Origin: Chrysomallon squamiferum
Lineage: Eukaryota > Animalia > Mollusca
Length of the DNA stretch: 64,000 nt
NCBI GenBank assembly: GCA_012295275.1
Contig: CM022666.1
Span: 13,268,001-13,332,000, forward strand
Direction: 5' to 3'
Every line of letters starts with the position of its first letter. Positions within the stretch are counted from its first letter, which is position 1. Of the stretch, positions 14,740-28,231 are shown piece by piece. The notes under the pieces were generated by a model, which was given only the letters and a program-made list of their open reading frames with translations, was not told the DNA's origin and did no database searches. The position numbers were made by a program, and so were the translations under genes.

Positions 14740-15665
14740 TCTTTGCTATCATTACTAGTACTGCTACTATCATTACTATTACTACTATATTACTATCACT
14801 ACTAGTACTGCTACTATCATTACTTTACTTCTACATTACTATCATTACTTTATACTATATTACTATCACTGCTAGTACTGCTACTATCATTACTATTACT
14901 ACTAGTACTACTACTATCATTACTTTACTACTATATTACTATCACTACTAATACGACTACTATCATTACTTCACTACTATATTACTATCACTACTAGTAT
15001 ATGCTACTATCATTACTTCACTACTATATTACTATCACTACTAGTACTGCTACTATCATTACTATTACTACTATATTACTATCACTACTAGTACTGCTAC
15101 TATCATTACTTTACTACTATATTACTATCACTACTAATACGACTACTATTATTACTTTAGTACTATATTACTATCACTACTAGTACTGCCACTATCATTA
15201 CTTTACTACTATATTACAATCACTACTAATACGACCACTATCATTACTATTACTACTATATTACTATCACTGCTGGTACTGCTATTATCATTACTTTACT
15301 TCTACATTACTATCATTACTTTATACTATATTACTATCACTGCTAGTACAGCTACTATCATTACTATTACTACTATATTACTATCACTACTAGTACTGCT
15401 ACTATCATTACATTACTACTATATTACTATCACTGCTAGTACTGCTACTATCATTACATTACTACTATATTACTATCACTACTAGTACTGCTACTATCAT
15501 TACTATTACTACTATATTACTATCACTGCTAGTACTGTTACTATCATTACTATTACTACTATATTACTATCACTACTAGTACTGCTACTATTATTACTAT
15601 TACTACTATATTACTATCACTACTAATACGACTACTATCATTACTATTACTACTATATTACTATC
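14740..15665. repeat. ~47-bp (TAC)-derived minisatellite, roughly 19 copies
   Basis: The unit ACTATATTACTATCACTACTAGTACTGCTACTATCATTACTATTACT recurs with small variants. Confidence 0.85.
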
Positions 15666-16469
15666 AATGGCTGTGTTGTTGCTGCTAAAACTACCACGAC
15701 GACCACGGCCACCTTAATAACATCAGCACATTACTATACTATTTTATTACTGCAGCTACAACTACAGCTTATAATGACACTGTGTTATTACTATTACCAT
15801 CGCAACTTCTACTACCACTTTAATAATACAACTACAACATCTAAAACTTCAGTTGTTACAAAGTTTCGTCCTAGACGTTTAGATTCTTATTTAATTACGT
15901 TAATTATTTGTATCCACTGTGTAACCGAAAACAAACAACAGTTTAGATGGATTCATTAATTCGCGGTTCATATCTTGTCTGCTTCGATGTCGTGTCGGTG
16001 TTATTTCGGTGTCGTGTCGGTATCATTTCGATGTCGTGTCGGTGTTATTTCGGTGTCGTTTCGGTATCATTTCGGTGTCGTGTCGGTGTCGGATAAACAG
16101 ATTCCCAGTCTAATTCCTATCATGTCTTTTCGCCTTGTATTTGGAAGATCATTCTTAGTCAAGTTAAAGGGAGATAATTCGGCTCATCGGTTCTTTTTCT
16201 GTTTTGAAATGACTACGAGTCTCGGCTTTGCACTGAAGTTTAAACTCTCCTCCTGGCTTCAAGTTCGTCATCGCCCGTTTCACTGAGGCCGTTTTTATTG
16301 GCGTTTTCTTTTCAAACACGTGATTCTATTTCTAGATACCACTGGCTAGACATCAAGTGCTTGCTTTCACAAATTCCTCTGGAAACGTCGCTTGTCGACT
16401 TTATTATCGCCATGACTGATGACTGCAAGAAGTGAAAACTATTTATTTTAAGCCTAGTTATTCGCGGAT

Positions 16470-16505
<36 letters not shown>

Positions 16506-16767
16506 TAGAGTCCGCTTGTTCTGTCTACTGAGAGTTGTTATGTTTCCAGTAAGTGAAATTTGAGGTCTAAGCGATAAAGTGAAAGTTCAGGTCATAAAAA
16601 GACATTTCCTAGATTTCTTGGCTGGCACATTTATTTTAAACAGCGATATGGATTTTGTTTTTATAGATTCGTACTTTAAATATATTGCTTGTTACTGTAA
16701 GTGATTTGTCGTTGAAATTATAATTTTTTTTTATTGGTATTGAGAGAGACGAATGGAGGGACATTTG

Positions 16768-16851
<84 letters not shown>

Positions 16852-17847
16852 GTGAAAGAGAAACAGAGAATGCGAGAAGAGGAGAGAGAAAGGAAGAGAC
16901 AGACTGAAAGAAAGAAACAAAACAGTTTTATGGAAGAAGAAGAAGAAGAAGAAGAAGAACCACAGAAAAGAGAAGAGAAAAATGAAGGCGAGGTTCACGT
17001 CATTAACGCTCTCCTTGTCTTTGGCTTCCCAATTCTTCACTCTCGCTTCCTCGCCGAGCCTAATCAAAACGATGTAGTTGTCAGAGAAGCAGTAGCAGCG
17101 CGGTTTTGGCGCGAGATTTGTTTTGCTAATTAATTCGATAAGTTCGTGTAATTCCCCGGATTCGTAGCACGTGCAAAGCGAGATTCCCAAGAAATAAATT
17201 CTTGTTTTGTGCTGCCACACCGGCAACCGAAGACAAAAACTCGCTAAACTATTTTTATGGCAACGCTTAATTAATTTCTACCCTTCCGTTTGTCTGACAA
17301 AGTCGTGTGTGTTTTCGCCAGTGACGTCATTAACCGAACTCTGTTTTTTTTTTACGTAGTACGTAAAGTGCTGCTGCTGTTAAATTATTTCTCTGTTTCG
17401 AGAGTCGTAGAAGAGAGAACTCTTAATGAGATTTCGTGTAATGAAGATTTGTAAAACGTCCTGCACACAGAAAAGTCTAATGAGACGTGTAACGATATAC
17501 TTGGTCTAACAGAAAGAAACAGACATCAGACAGACAAGGAGTTTAATCAAGCAGATGCAAAGCGTGTTGGATTCACTGAGGGTTTAAGTATGTTTGTCCT
17601 GGCAGACACAAATTCGGAGACGTTGGTTCTGCAGACAAGATGGTGTCTGCGGTTTTGTTAGATAATTAGTATGAGAGAACAAAAGAATTGTACTTTCCAC
17701 AATTATTTCTGGCTGTTAGGAAGTATAGAGATTCGATCCCGAGTCTTAAATCATACGACTTTACCGTTTGTTTGTAATGTTTGATTTTTATTATTTATTT
17801 TGTTTTATTTTATTTTATTCTTTTAACATCTTATATCTGCATGAACG

Positions 17848-17923
<76 letters not shown>

Positions 17924-20900
17924 TTAACCCACAATAGCCTACATTAACTTTCAAATGTTAATCTTTTGATTTAAATTATGAACTAAAAACAGCGGAGAGG
18001 CGAAACTGAAAAATATTTGAGTAAACAGTAATAAATAACATCGTAGTATTTCGTAACTACTTGGGCAAACATTCCTGCGTTTCGCTTCATGAATATTCAC
18101 GACGTTTTAAACTGCCGTGTCACGTTAAGGTCATCCATGTCAGGTGTCGTCAATCCGGGGATTTCGTTTCGTACGGTTCGTCTGGTTAGTTGTAATTAAG
18201 CAGCTATTTCGGGACAAAAACACAGATTAAGTGTCCGAAGGTTACATTTGCTTGCATGGCTGATGTACATTACAATGCGAAACAACACCACGGACTACTC
18301 CGTTGCCCGGCCAACAGATTGCCGTGGATACTCGAGAGAATTAAAAACAATTCTCTTCCGCGAACGGTTGCGTCATACGTCGACCAATGAGAAAGCGTTT
18401 TGCTCGGGCACGGACCCAACTGAATTGAACTGTGAAGGATACAAATTATCAACTTTGTTCGTGGCCGAAACGAAATAACGTGAGTTATTTTTGTTTAAGA
18501 TGTTTTGATGAAATTAAGGGAAGAAATATGTGTGCTTGCTGTACCAGAAGGATCGCAAATAAAAATTATGAGAAATTTCAGCCACCGCGTGTAAAGTAGG
18601 CACTTAAATCACGTGACGTTTTATCAAATTACGTCTGCTGCTTGTCCTTTTAGCGGGAACGATTCTAACGAATAACATTCAAATTATTCATCACCATGCA
18701 CAAGTTTATTCTCCTTTTTACATTTTTCTTCTTTCTTCTTTTCTCCTTCTTTCTTTATCTCTGTTGATCTTTTTTGCTTCCCTCGTTTCTCTGTAAATGT
18801 GTTTGCGTATACAAACAACAAAATGAACATCAAATAAAACAAATGTCACCGTTCCTACTATTATTAATATTAATGTAACTATTACTATCACTAATATTAC
18901 CAACTCTCCTAAAACTACTACTATTGCCACTGCAGTTATTGCTGCTACCACTACTATTACTATTACTGTTATCGCTGCTACCACTATTACTGTTACTGCT
19001 TACTAAGCCACCAATATTACTACTGCTACTACCACTACTATTATTACAAATATTGCTTTTGCTCCTACTCTATTACTATTACTATTGCTACTTCTATTAC
19101 CAGCACTATCAGTAGTATTATTACTGCTACTGCTGCTGCTACTACTACTATCACTGTAACTATTATTATGTCTGCTACTACTACTGCTACTATTACTACT
19201 ACTACTACAACTCTACTACTACTATTACTGCTACTACTACTACTAATAATAATAATAACAAATTCTCACACTATATCACGTGACACAATAACACTAGTAG
19301 TTTACACAGTTGCTAAGGAACCGTGTAAAATTAATGTCACTGACCTCATAGTACGCCACTGCAATGACGTCATCATCAGTCAGATCAGTTTACGTTTGAC
19401 GTCAATGCAGATGTTTCGTTCAGCATGTCGACCTAAATGTCATTTAGCTTCCTTAAGCTTAGAGAGGTCGCGACCGTATTGATGTAAAGATAATGATCAG
19501 GACTTTATTTAGATTATTTAGCCGACATATATTCTTTAGATAACGTCGAAATATTATTTAACTTCATTAGAAAAGAAATATTCTGTCAGGAAAAGAAATG
19601 GCAGGTCGCTCTCAACCAATATAATATTAATTTGGGAGTATAAACTGTTGTTTTTAACTGTTACAAGTTCTCTGAGGTTAAAGATTTGAAGAAAAAAAAA
19701 ATAATAATAATAATAATAATAAAAAATTTTTTAAAAAAAAAACAATTGTTCTAGTTTAAAACAGAGAGGACGAAAAGTAAATGGTATTCAAGAAAAAGTG
19801 TTTTTCATATTAAAAGAAGTATTTTAAAAAGAAGGTTTGGATAAAGGTTAAAGCTGCATTTTAATTTGAATCCCACACTATGGATCAGAGCAAAAAGAAA
19901 AAAAGAAAAATGAGAATAAAAAAGATTCAGATTCTGTTAATAATTAAAATGAGAGTCCGTGTTTCTTTTTGAATTTTTCGTTGCAGAAGATCAAAGTGTT
20001 TTGTGTTTCGTGTTCTGAAAAATAAAGAGGAAAAAATTCGCGGATGAAGTTGATGATATCCATTTAGAAATGCCTTCATTTATTTGAATGAATAATGAAT
20101 ATGAATGATGAATGAATGAATGATGAAAAAAAATGAGTAAATGAATGACGAATAAATGATGAATGAATGAAAAATTAAACAGAACTCTTTGCTTATTACC
20201 AGTATCGTTCTTAACTACAATTATCACGCAGTTCAATAGCAAGCAAATAAAAAAAATAATAAAGCGGATAAAATACTTTAAAAATACGTTATCTTGCACT
20301 TCATAAAAAGAACATTAGCAAAAATTATTGGTGGATTAAATGCAATCACCACTTACTTGAAGCGACATTTCTCTTCTTAGAAAATTGATGATTAAACTGG
20401 TCTCGTTTTCAAAAGAAATGGAGAAGGTTCTGACGTTTCGTGAACAAGATATTTTCTTCCAAGGCCAGCTGACAATGTCGGGGATTACCAAGGGACTGGT
20501 TTTACTAGTAGTGACATTGTTAATTACGTGGTACGTGTGGGAGAGAGAGAAAAAAATAGCTTCCTGGAAACTGCAGTAGAAACGAAAATTAAAGTGGGAG
20601 CATTGGTCTTAAAAAAAAAAAGCAACAAAAAAAAATAGCGTGACTAATACAGAATTTGAAAGTCTGTGCGTGTGTGTTTGTGTGTGTGAGCGTGAGTTTT
20701 GTGTGTGTGTACGTGTGTGTGTATGTCCATCATTGTACAATTATTATTGGTCATTACATACATACATAAATGCTTAGATGCACACATATATGTACATACA
20801 CACATAACTACATACATACATACGTACATATACATATACATACATACACACACATACATACACAGACAGATACATATATTCACACACACACACAACACAC

Positions 20901-21080
20901 ATACTATTTCAGTCAGTTTCGGTCACAGTATTTGTTGATAATACCTCAGATGTTACTCTTCATATCAACTCATCCATTCATGTTTTGTCTGTTTGTTCTG
21001 TCTCTTAGTGTCTGTTTAACTCTGTCCGACTGTACAACATATCGGACAGAGTTAAACAGACACTGAGAGACATATATTTA

Positions 21081-21111
<31 letters not shown>

Positions 21112-21139
21112 AGATATATCAACAATAACGTTTTTATTT

Positions 21140-21620
21140 GATTACTTCCTTATTTACTAACTTACCAACTTATTTACTATATTTACTTACTTACTTGGTA
21201 TTTTACGATCATACTATCTTACTTACTTGCTATCTTATTATCATACTGTCATCCTTACTATCTTACCTACTTACCATCTTACTGTTTTACTATCTTACTA
21301 TGTTGCTTTCTTATTTACTATCTTATTAATTTACTCTTACTGTTATAATTTCATACTTACTAATCTTACTATCATATTACCTTATTATCTCACTACCTTA
21401 GTATGTTACTTACTTACTTAGTTAGTTAGTTAGTTAGTTACTTACTTAGTTACTTACTTATTTAATTACTTACCTACTTACTTACTATCTTACTTACTTA
21501 CTTACTATCTGACTTACTTACTTACTTACTATCTTACTTACTTACTATCTTACTTACTTACTATCTGACTTACTTACTATCTTTCTTACTTACTTACTTA
21601 CTATCTTTCTTACTTACTTT

Positions 21621-21656
<36 letters not shown>

Positions 21657-21710
21657 GTTACTTACTTACTTTCTCACTTACTTACTCACTCACTTACTAA
21701 CTCACTTACT
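21140..21710. repeat. (CTTA)n / (TACT)n degenerate microsatellite abutting the splice acceptor of the CNG exon
   Basis: Read directly. It ends ...CACTTACTAACTCACTTACTTGCAG. Confidence 0.9.
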
Positions 21711-21715
21711 TGCAG

Positions 21716-22009
21716 CGCGTCTGGACACTGTGAAGACGTACATGGGTTTGCGACGCGTGCCTCTCAAACTGCAGGACCGAGTGATCAAGTGGTTTGACTA
21801 TCTGTGGATGTGCAACAAGTCGGCGGACGAGGAGAAGGACCTGGGACTTCTGCCGGACAAGCTGAAGGCTGAGATCGCCATCCACGTGCACCTGGACACG
21901 CTGAAACGCGTGGAGGTTTTCCAGGCGACGGAGGCGGGGTTTCTCTGCGAGCTCGTGCTTAGACTCCGCCCCGTTTTGTTTTCTCCAGGCGATTATATAT
22001 GCAGAAAAG
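21716..22009 (+). CDS. CNGA: Cyclic-nucleotide-gated channel alpha-type subunit, internal exon (C-linker and start of the CNBD)
   Basis: TTGCAG acceptor and AAG/GTAAG donor, phase 1-1. Encodes [30 protein letters not shown]...[21 protein letters not shown]...[11 protein letters not shown], the canonical CNGA/TAX-4-type C-linker. The symbol is family-level only. Confidence 0.96.
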
Positions 22010-22104
22010 GTAAGCTAGATTTTTGTTTTATTATTTTATGTGTGTGAAAGGGTGCGTGAGTGTGTGTGTGCGTGTGTCTGTTTGAATTTGGGAGAGTGAG
22101 TGTG

Positions 22105-22202
<98 letters not shown>

Positions 22203-22647
22203 ATTTTTTATGTATTTGTAAACATTAAACTGTTTATATTATACATCATAAAGCTGAATGTATAAAGACTGTATTTAACATTAAAAAAGTGGCTATCTTC
22301 CAATATTCTACATTATGTAACGAGAACTCTGCATCAAATTCTGGCAGATATGGTACATGTACACTTGAATAAAACAGTCGCCAGTTTTCATGCCACTGGC
22401 ATCGTCACAGTCGTAGCTGATGTCTAGCGATGTTCAGGTTGTGATTGTCGATGTCAGTTCACTGTCGTTGTTGACGATTCACCATTGTTGTCGACATCGT
22501 TTTGTTGTTGTCTTGATGGACAACCAGGCCAACTTGATCATCTTTTAGTTTAGATCTGCTTCTTGCTGGAAGAGACTTTACTAAGATATTCTGTTTCACT
22601 GTTAGTGCAGATATTAAAAATAAAAAATCATATTTAACCGTGTATAC

Positions 22648-22891
22648 CAGTCATTCCCAACAAGAGTGTAATTTTGAAAGTTATATAACACGACCAAACT
22701 TCCAGTTACAATTCGTCTACACGTTATCGTGTATCTGGCAACACTAATGAGCAGTTTGTTTACACTTTGTTTTGTTAAAGAATTTCTACTTTATATTACA
22801 GTAATTACACTTTACAAAACTCTAAGGGGGATATAAGAGGGATTGAGATGTTGAGGTGGGGCATGGAGCGAAAAAAGGTTGAGAACCACTG
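22648..22891. mobile_element. Non-autonomous hAT (Charlie-type) MITE, 244 bp
   Basis: Imperfect TIRs CAGTCATTCCCAAC and GTTGAGAACCACTG (reverse complement CAGTGGTTCTCAAC). The 8-bp flanks GTGTATAC and GTTTAGAT resemble a decayed NTCTAGAN-type target duplication. Confidence 0.7.
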
Positions 22892-23084
22892 GTTTAGATT
22901 GACTTTCGCTTTTTCAAACTTTATGACGAGTCGGAAAAATATTGACGTATTTGAAAAGCTGAAATCCACAAAAGATCGTAGCAGATTATAAAGCAAAACG
23001 TTGTTTTTTTAAATAAGGGAAAGACGTAACTGCAGCATCACTGACAGGTATTTAGGAAAGGTATTTATTTCAGCGATGACACTG

Positions 23085-23375
23085 TCGATGTGATTTCGTT
23101 CCGGATCCATGTCGCATTGTGACGGTCGATCTCGCATTTGTTTTTTGCCGGATCATCCGATTAATGTTTACGAAAGTTTATTACATTGTCGATGTGTCTT
23201 TCATGTCAGATGTCACGGCCTATGCTGCGTTTTGTTTGCCGAATAATCAGATTAATGTTTACAAATGTTTACTATTCAATTGTCGATGTGTTTTCGTTCC
23301 GGATGTCGCATTTTGTTTTCCGGATAATCAGATTAATGTTTACGAATGTCTGTAATTACATTGTCGATATGGCTT
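23085..23375. repeat. Degenerate 80-90-bp tandem repeat, about 3 copies
   Basis: GATTAATGTTTAC...ATTGTCGAT recurs at about 23159, 23250 and 23331. Confidence 0.7.
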
Positions 23376-23643
23376 TGTTCCAGCTCTTTTGATCTTGTTA
23401 TCTGATTCGACGCCCTTTTAGCGAAACCTTCGTCAAATAACGGAATTTTTTTCAAAATTTCCACTTCTTTTTTTCCCTCGCTGGCAACATCTTCTCTCCA
23501 TCAGAACTTGTTAAATGCAGATTAAGCGAGGGAAATACTCATCAAGCCATGAACGCCCACAAGCATATCTTCAAAACTAAACTAAGGATTAGTTGAAAAT
23601 CTCACTCGTTCTCAAGAAAAATATAATTTTTTTTTTAACTTGA

Positions 23644-23698
<55 letters not shown>

Positions 23699-23754
23699 AC
23701 CTCTTTTAACTCTTTCTAAATACGCTTTCGAAAATACATTTACTTTTATGGGGT

Positions 23755-23791
<37 letters not shown>

Positions 23792-23869
23792 CATATGAAT
23801 GTCATTAAACCGATGTTCAACCTGCTGGTGGAATTGGGATATCGAGTGATTTTCTTTCTTTTAAGGGTC

Positions 23870-23905
<36 letters not shown>

Positions 23906-24444
23906 AAAGTGGCGGAGATGAAATCGTGTTTCACGTTAACAAAATAAAAGAGTGAAAAACGAGAGAACATCGCCCAGTGATACTCGCTGAATTAAATTAA
24001 ACACAGCGAGGCCTGAAACAGATTCAGCGAAAATCTTCCGTTTAAAACTGTTTACACTGTTTTCGATTTCATAAAGGAAAAAGTCGACTGTGTGTGTAAT
24101 CACAAACATTGCTTTAAATACAGACATGAATTATACGCAGTTCGTTCCAAATTCTAAAAGTGCAGCATTAATCTATTTATACTAGTATTACTATTACTAC
24201 TACTACTATTATTATCATCACCATTGCTACTGTTATATATACATAAGTATGTGTGTGTGTTTTTGTGTGTGTGTGTGTACCTATCCTATCTCTGCCACTT
24301 TTACTTTAAACTACTAACAAGACTACTGCTGCAAGTACTCCAACATCTACTACTACTGCTGCTACCAGTATTACTATTTTTACTACTGCTATTACTACCG
24401 TTATTCTTCTACTTCTTCTTCTTACTATTATTATTATTATTATA

Positions 24445-24478
<34 letters not shown>

Positions 24479-24597
24479 CATCATCATCATCATCATTGTC
24501 ATTATCATCATCATCATCATTATTGTTGTTGCTGTTATTATTATTATTATCATCATCATCATCATCATTGTCATTATCATCATCATCATCATCATCA

Positions 24598-24632
<35 letters not shown>

Positions 24633-25631
24633 TGTTATTATAGTTCTTGCTATCATCAGTATTATCGTCTGTGTGATACAGTACATATACGATTTCAAAA
24701 TCAACCGTTTTCTCTCCATTAAAAACGAAAACTGACTGTAACAAAAAAAAGTGTTTTTACATCAGAGCTTATAATCTTAAACAGAGGCAAAAATCTCTCC
24801 GAGAAAACTCTTATCAAATTTTAACAAACGTGCAGTATCGATTTTACGTGTTAAAATCGATACAAAGAGATACTCTTTAAACCCGTAAGCAATATAAAAA
24901 AAAAAAAAAATGAAGAAAAGAAAAAAGAATGAAAGAAAGAAAGAGAGAAAGAAAAAGAAAGTGTTAAGAAGAAGAAAAGGATAAAGATGAAAAAGGAAAG
25001 AAGAAAGAAGCAACAGAATACTGCTTATAGTCTGCTGTTCAAATATTTAATTTTTCTCTGTGCTGTCCAGTTATTAACATCTGTAAAACTAATTTATATA
25101 TATATATATATTCTATATGATTCATATTTTGTATGTAGTCAAAATCAAAAATTTTATTAGCATGTTATGTGAAATGTCTGACATTCTAGTATCAGCAGAA
25201 CACATACAAACACACGCACACACGCACACATACACACTCAGACGCTTACAAATGCGCTCTCAAAAGTTCATCTACACAACAAAGACACATATACACATGC
25301 CCATACACACGCACACACATACATTATAGACACACACGCAGCTACACATACACCACCAAACACGCTCACTCATACGCAACACACGCATGCGCGCACGCAC
25401 ACATCTAATCATCATGGCTGCTCTTTCTTGGTGCGTTTCCTTCAGCGCCGGGCGGTCGCCCTTCCCAGACAGATCACGTGACGTCGTGTCACTTCCATTC
25501 TGTTGTTAATTCCTCCGGCGCTGTCTGACGCACCACATCACGTAACTCGGGTGACTGTCGCGTTAATCATCAGTAAAGTTCTTCCACTCAGAACAGTCGG
25601 CTTATCTGTAGTTTTTATACTTTTATTATAG

Positions 25632-25633
<2 letters not shown>

Positions 25634-25663
<30 letters not shown>

Positions 25664-25914
25664 CATACATACATACATACATACACACATACATACATAT
25701 ATCCATACATACATACACACACACATACATACATACATATAAACATACATACATATATACATACATACACACACATACACATACACACATATATACATAC
25801 ATACATATATACATACATACATACATACATACATAGATACAAACATACACATACATACATATATACATACATACACACACACATACATAGATACAAACAC
25901 ACATATACACTATA

Positions 25915-25948
<34 letters not shown>

Positions 25949-26121
25949 CATACACACACATACATAGATACAAACATACACATACACACATATATACATA
26001 CATACATATATACATACACACACACATACATACATACATACATACATACATACACACACATATACATATACATATACATACATAGATACAAACATACACA
26101 TACATACATACATAAATACAT

Positions 26122-26166
<45 letters not shown>

Positions 26167-26254
26167 TACACACATACATACATACATACATACATACATA
26201 CATACATACATACATACATACATACATACATACATACATACATACATACATACA
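25634..26254. repeat. Compound (TACA)n/(CA)n microsatellite
   Basis: Read directly. It is the source of the MYVC-repeat ORFs. Confidence 0.95.
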
Positions 26255-26353
26255 TTTTCATTAAACCAGACTGAATGACGTGGAATTAAAATTGACTGGA
26301 ATGAATCGAAGATAATGATTCCAAACTGATACATACATACGTACATACATACA

Positions 26354-26388
<35 letters not shown>

Positions 26389-27025
26389 TGAAGAATACTG
26401 AAATATGTTGGACTGAATGATAATCAGCTTAAACCGAAATGTACTGAATTCAGTAAACTTAAATTTTCAACTTCAGCTGAAACATTCGAAATTCAAATTA
26501 ACTGAAAAGAAATGAATTAAACTGGATTAAAAATTACCAAATCGTCAGAATGAAAAATAAAACTGAATTATTAAACGGAACCCGAACTGAAATATCTTGA
26601 GAAGTTCTAATTTAAACTTTTTGAATTTTGAACTAGTTTAATGTATTAAAACTAACTTAAATCCACAGAATTAAACTGGAAATATGTAATTATACATATG
26701 AAAGTGAATTAAACTGGATTTATATAATGATACTGAATTAAACTCGACTGAAACATACTGTATTAAACTGGACTGATAGACGCAGAATTAAATCGAATCT
26801 GATGAATGAAATGAAATGAAAAACTGATAAGCTATGAAAACCGATGTTAGAATGTCAGACAGAGTGGTGTGTACTTTAACAGAGATCTGTCGCACACAAA
26901 ATTAATGTAGCGGATATTTCAACCTTTACCTAAACAGCTGCAAACTACTGACATCCACGCGTTTAGTCGAAACTGCGGAATTCTTCAGGAATCAAAAATA
27001 TTAACCTATTATTATTATTATTATT

Positions 27026-27067
<42 letters not shown>

Positions 27068-27588
27068 ATTATTAATATTAATATTATTAGTATTAGTATT
27101 AGTATTACTACTGCTATTTTCCTTTTTCTTTTATTATTATTATTATTTTTTTATTATTATTATTATTTCCTTGTTTTTATTTTTTATTATTTTATTATTA
27201 TTTTTCCAACAATAATTTTTCATTTTGTTATTATTTTTGTTTAGTCTTTTTCTTTTTTGGTTTCTGAATTCATTCTTCGTTTCATCATCTGTTATTTTGT
27301 TCTTCATTCCTTCATTTTTTTTCTTCATTCTTTCGTTCATTTCTTTCTTCTTTCTGTTTTCATCTCCTCTTTCCTTCTTTCATTTTGTTTCATGTTCTTA
27401 CTTTCATTCATTCTCTTTTCATTCCTTTTTCTTTCATTCCTTTTTTTTTATTCTTTCACTCCTTTCTCCCTTTACATTCCTCACATTCAGTCATTTCTTT
27501 CACTTCATACTTCCTTCGTGTTTTTTTTCATTCACTCCTTCACCATCTTTCTTTCTTTCTCTCTCTCTTACGCGCGTCCATAATTCCT

Positions 27589-27619
<31 letters not shown>

Positions 27620-28093
27620 GGATTTCATCCATTTTAATGAACGCTTCATTCCGCGCTTTAAAAGAGGAAGAAAGCAAAAACGCTGAAATATATTGAAAAT
27701 TTTTCGAAGCTGTTAAGAGCGCGTTCGATTATTGCTGCTGCAGTTAATTGAGTAATAGGTTTCAGTTGTGCTGGGAAAGAGCACCTTCCACTAAACCCCC
27801 AAGTCGCTCTATTCGACTTTCTTCTCGCACTTCTTTCTTCAGCGCCTCGAATTCGTGGTCAATTTGCAGCAGTGATTAAACCTCGATTGAAACACTTTAG
27901 AAAATTCATTTACACCGGTTTTCAGATGCTTGTTTTTGCCTTTTTTCGTTGCGAAGTGAAACGGAACAGAAATACGTTGTCAGTTTACCACGTGTGTCAC
28001 ACGCAGATGTTGAAACAGTCAGACATAAACATACACTTTTATCTATATATATATATACGTACGTACATATACATACCTATGTACATACATACA

Positions 28094-28231
28094 AGGTTGT
28101 CTCGGTGGCCGAAAGGTAACATTGTTCGTCTTCGGAGTGCGGGAGAATGGGTGCCATACGTTCGAGTCTCGTCAGCGGCATCTGACGGGTTTGTGAAGAC
28201 GTGATTGATCTTTGTTCTCCTGCGCCAGTGC
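28094..28231 (+). mobile_element. tRNA-derived SINE, copy 1 (3'-truncated)
   Basis: A-box-like TGGCCGAAAGG and B-box GTTCGAGTC. Colinear with the copy at 34553, sharing TTCGGAGTGCGGGAGAATGGGTG(C/T)CATACGTTCGAGTCTCGTCAGCGGCATCTGACGGG. Confidence 0.75.

Noticed and set aside
21706-21891. Minus-strand 61-aa ORF
   Set aside because: It is the antisense shadow of the CNG exon.
28094-28170. tRNA gene
   Set aside because: A and B boxes are present but there is no clean cloverleaf, and the homology extends well past the tRNA part into a second copy, which fits a SINE.
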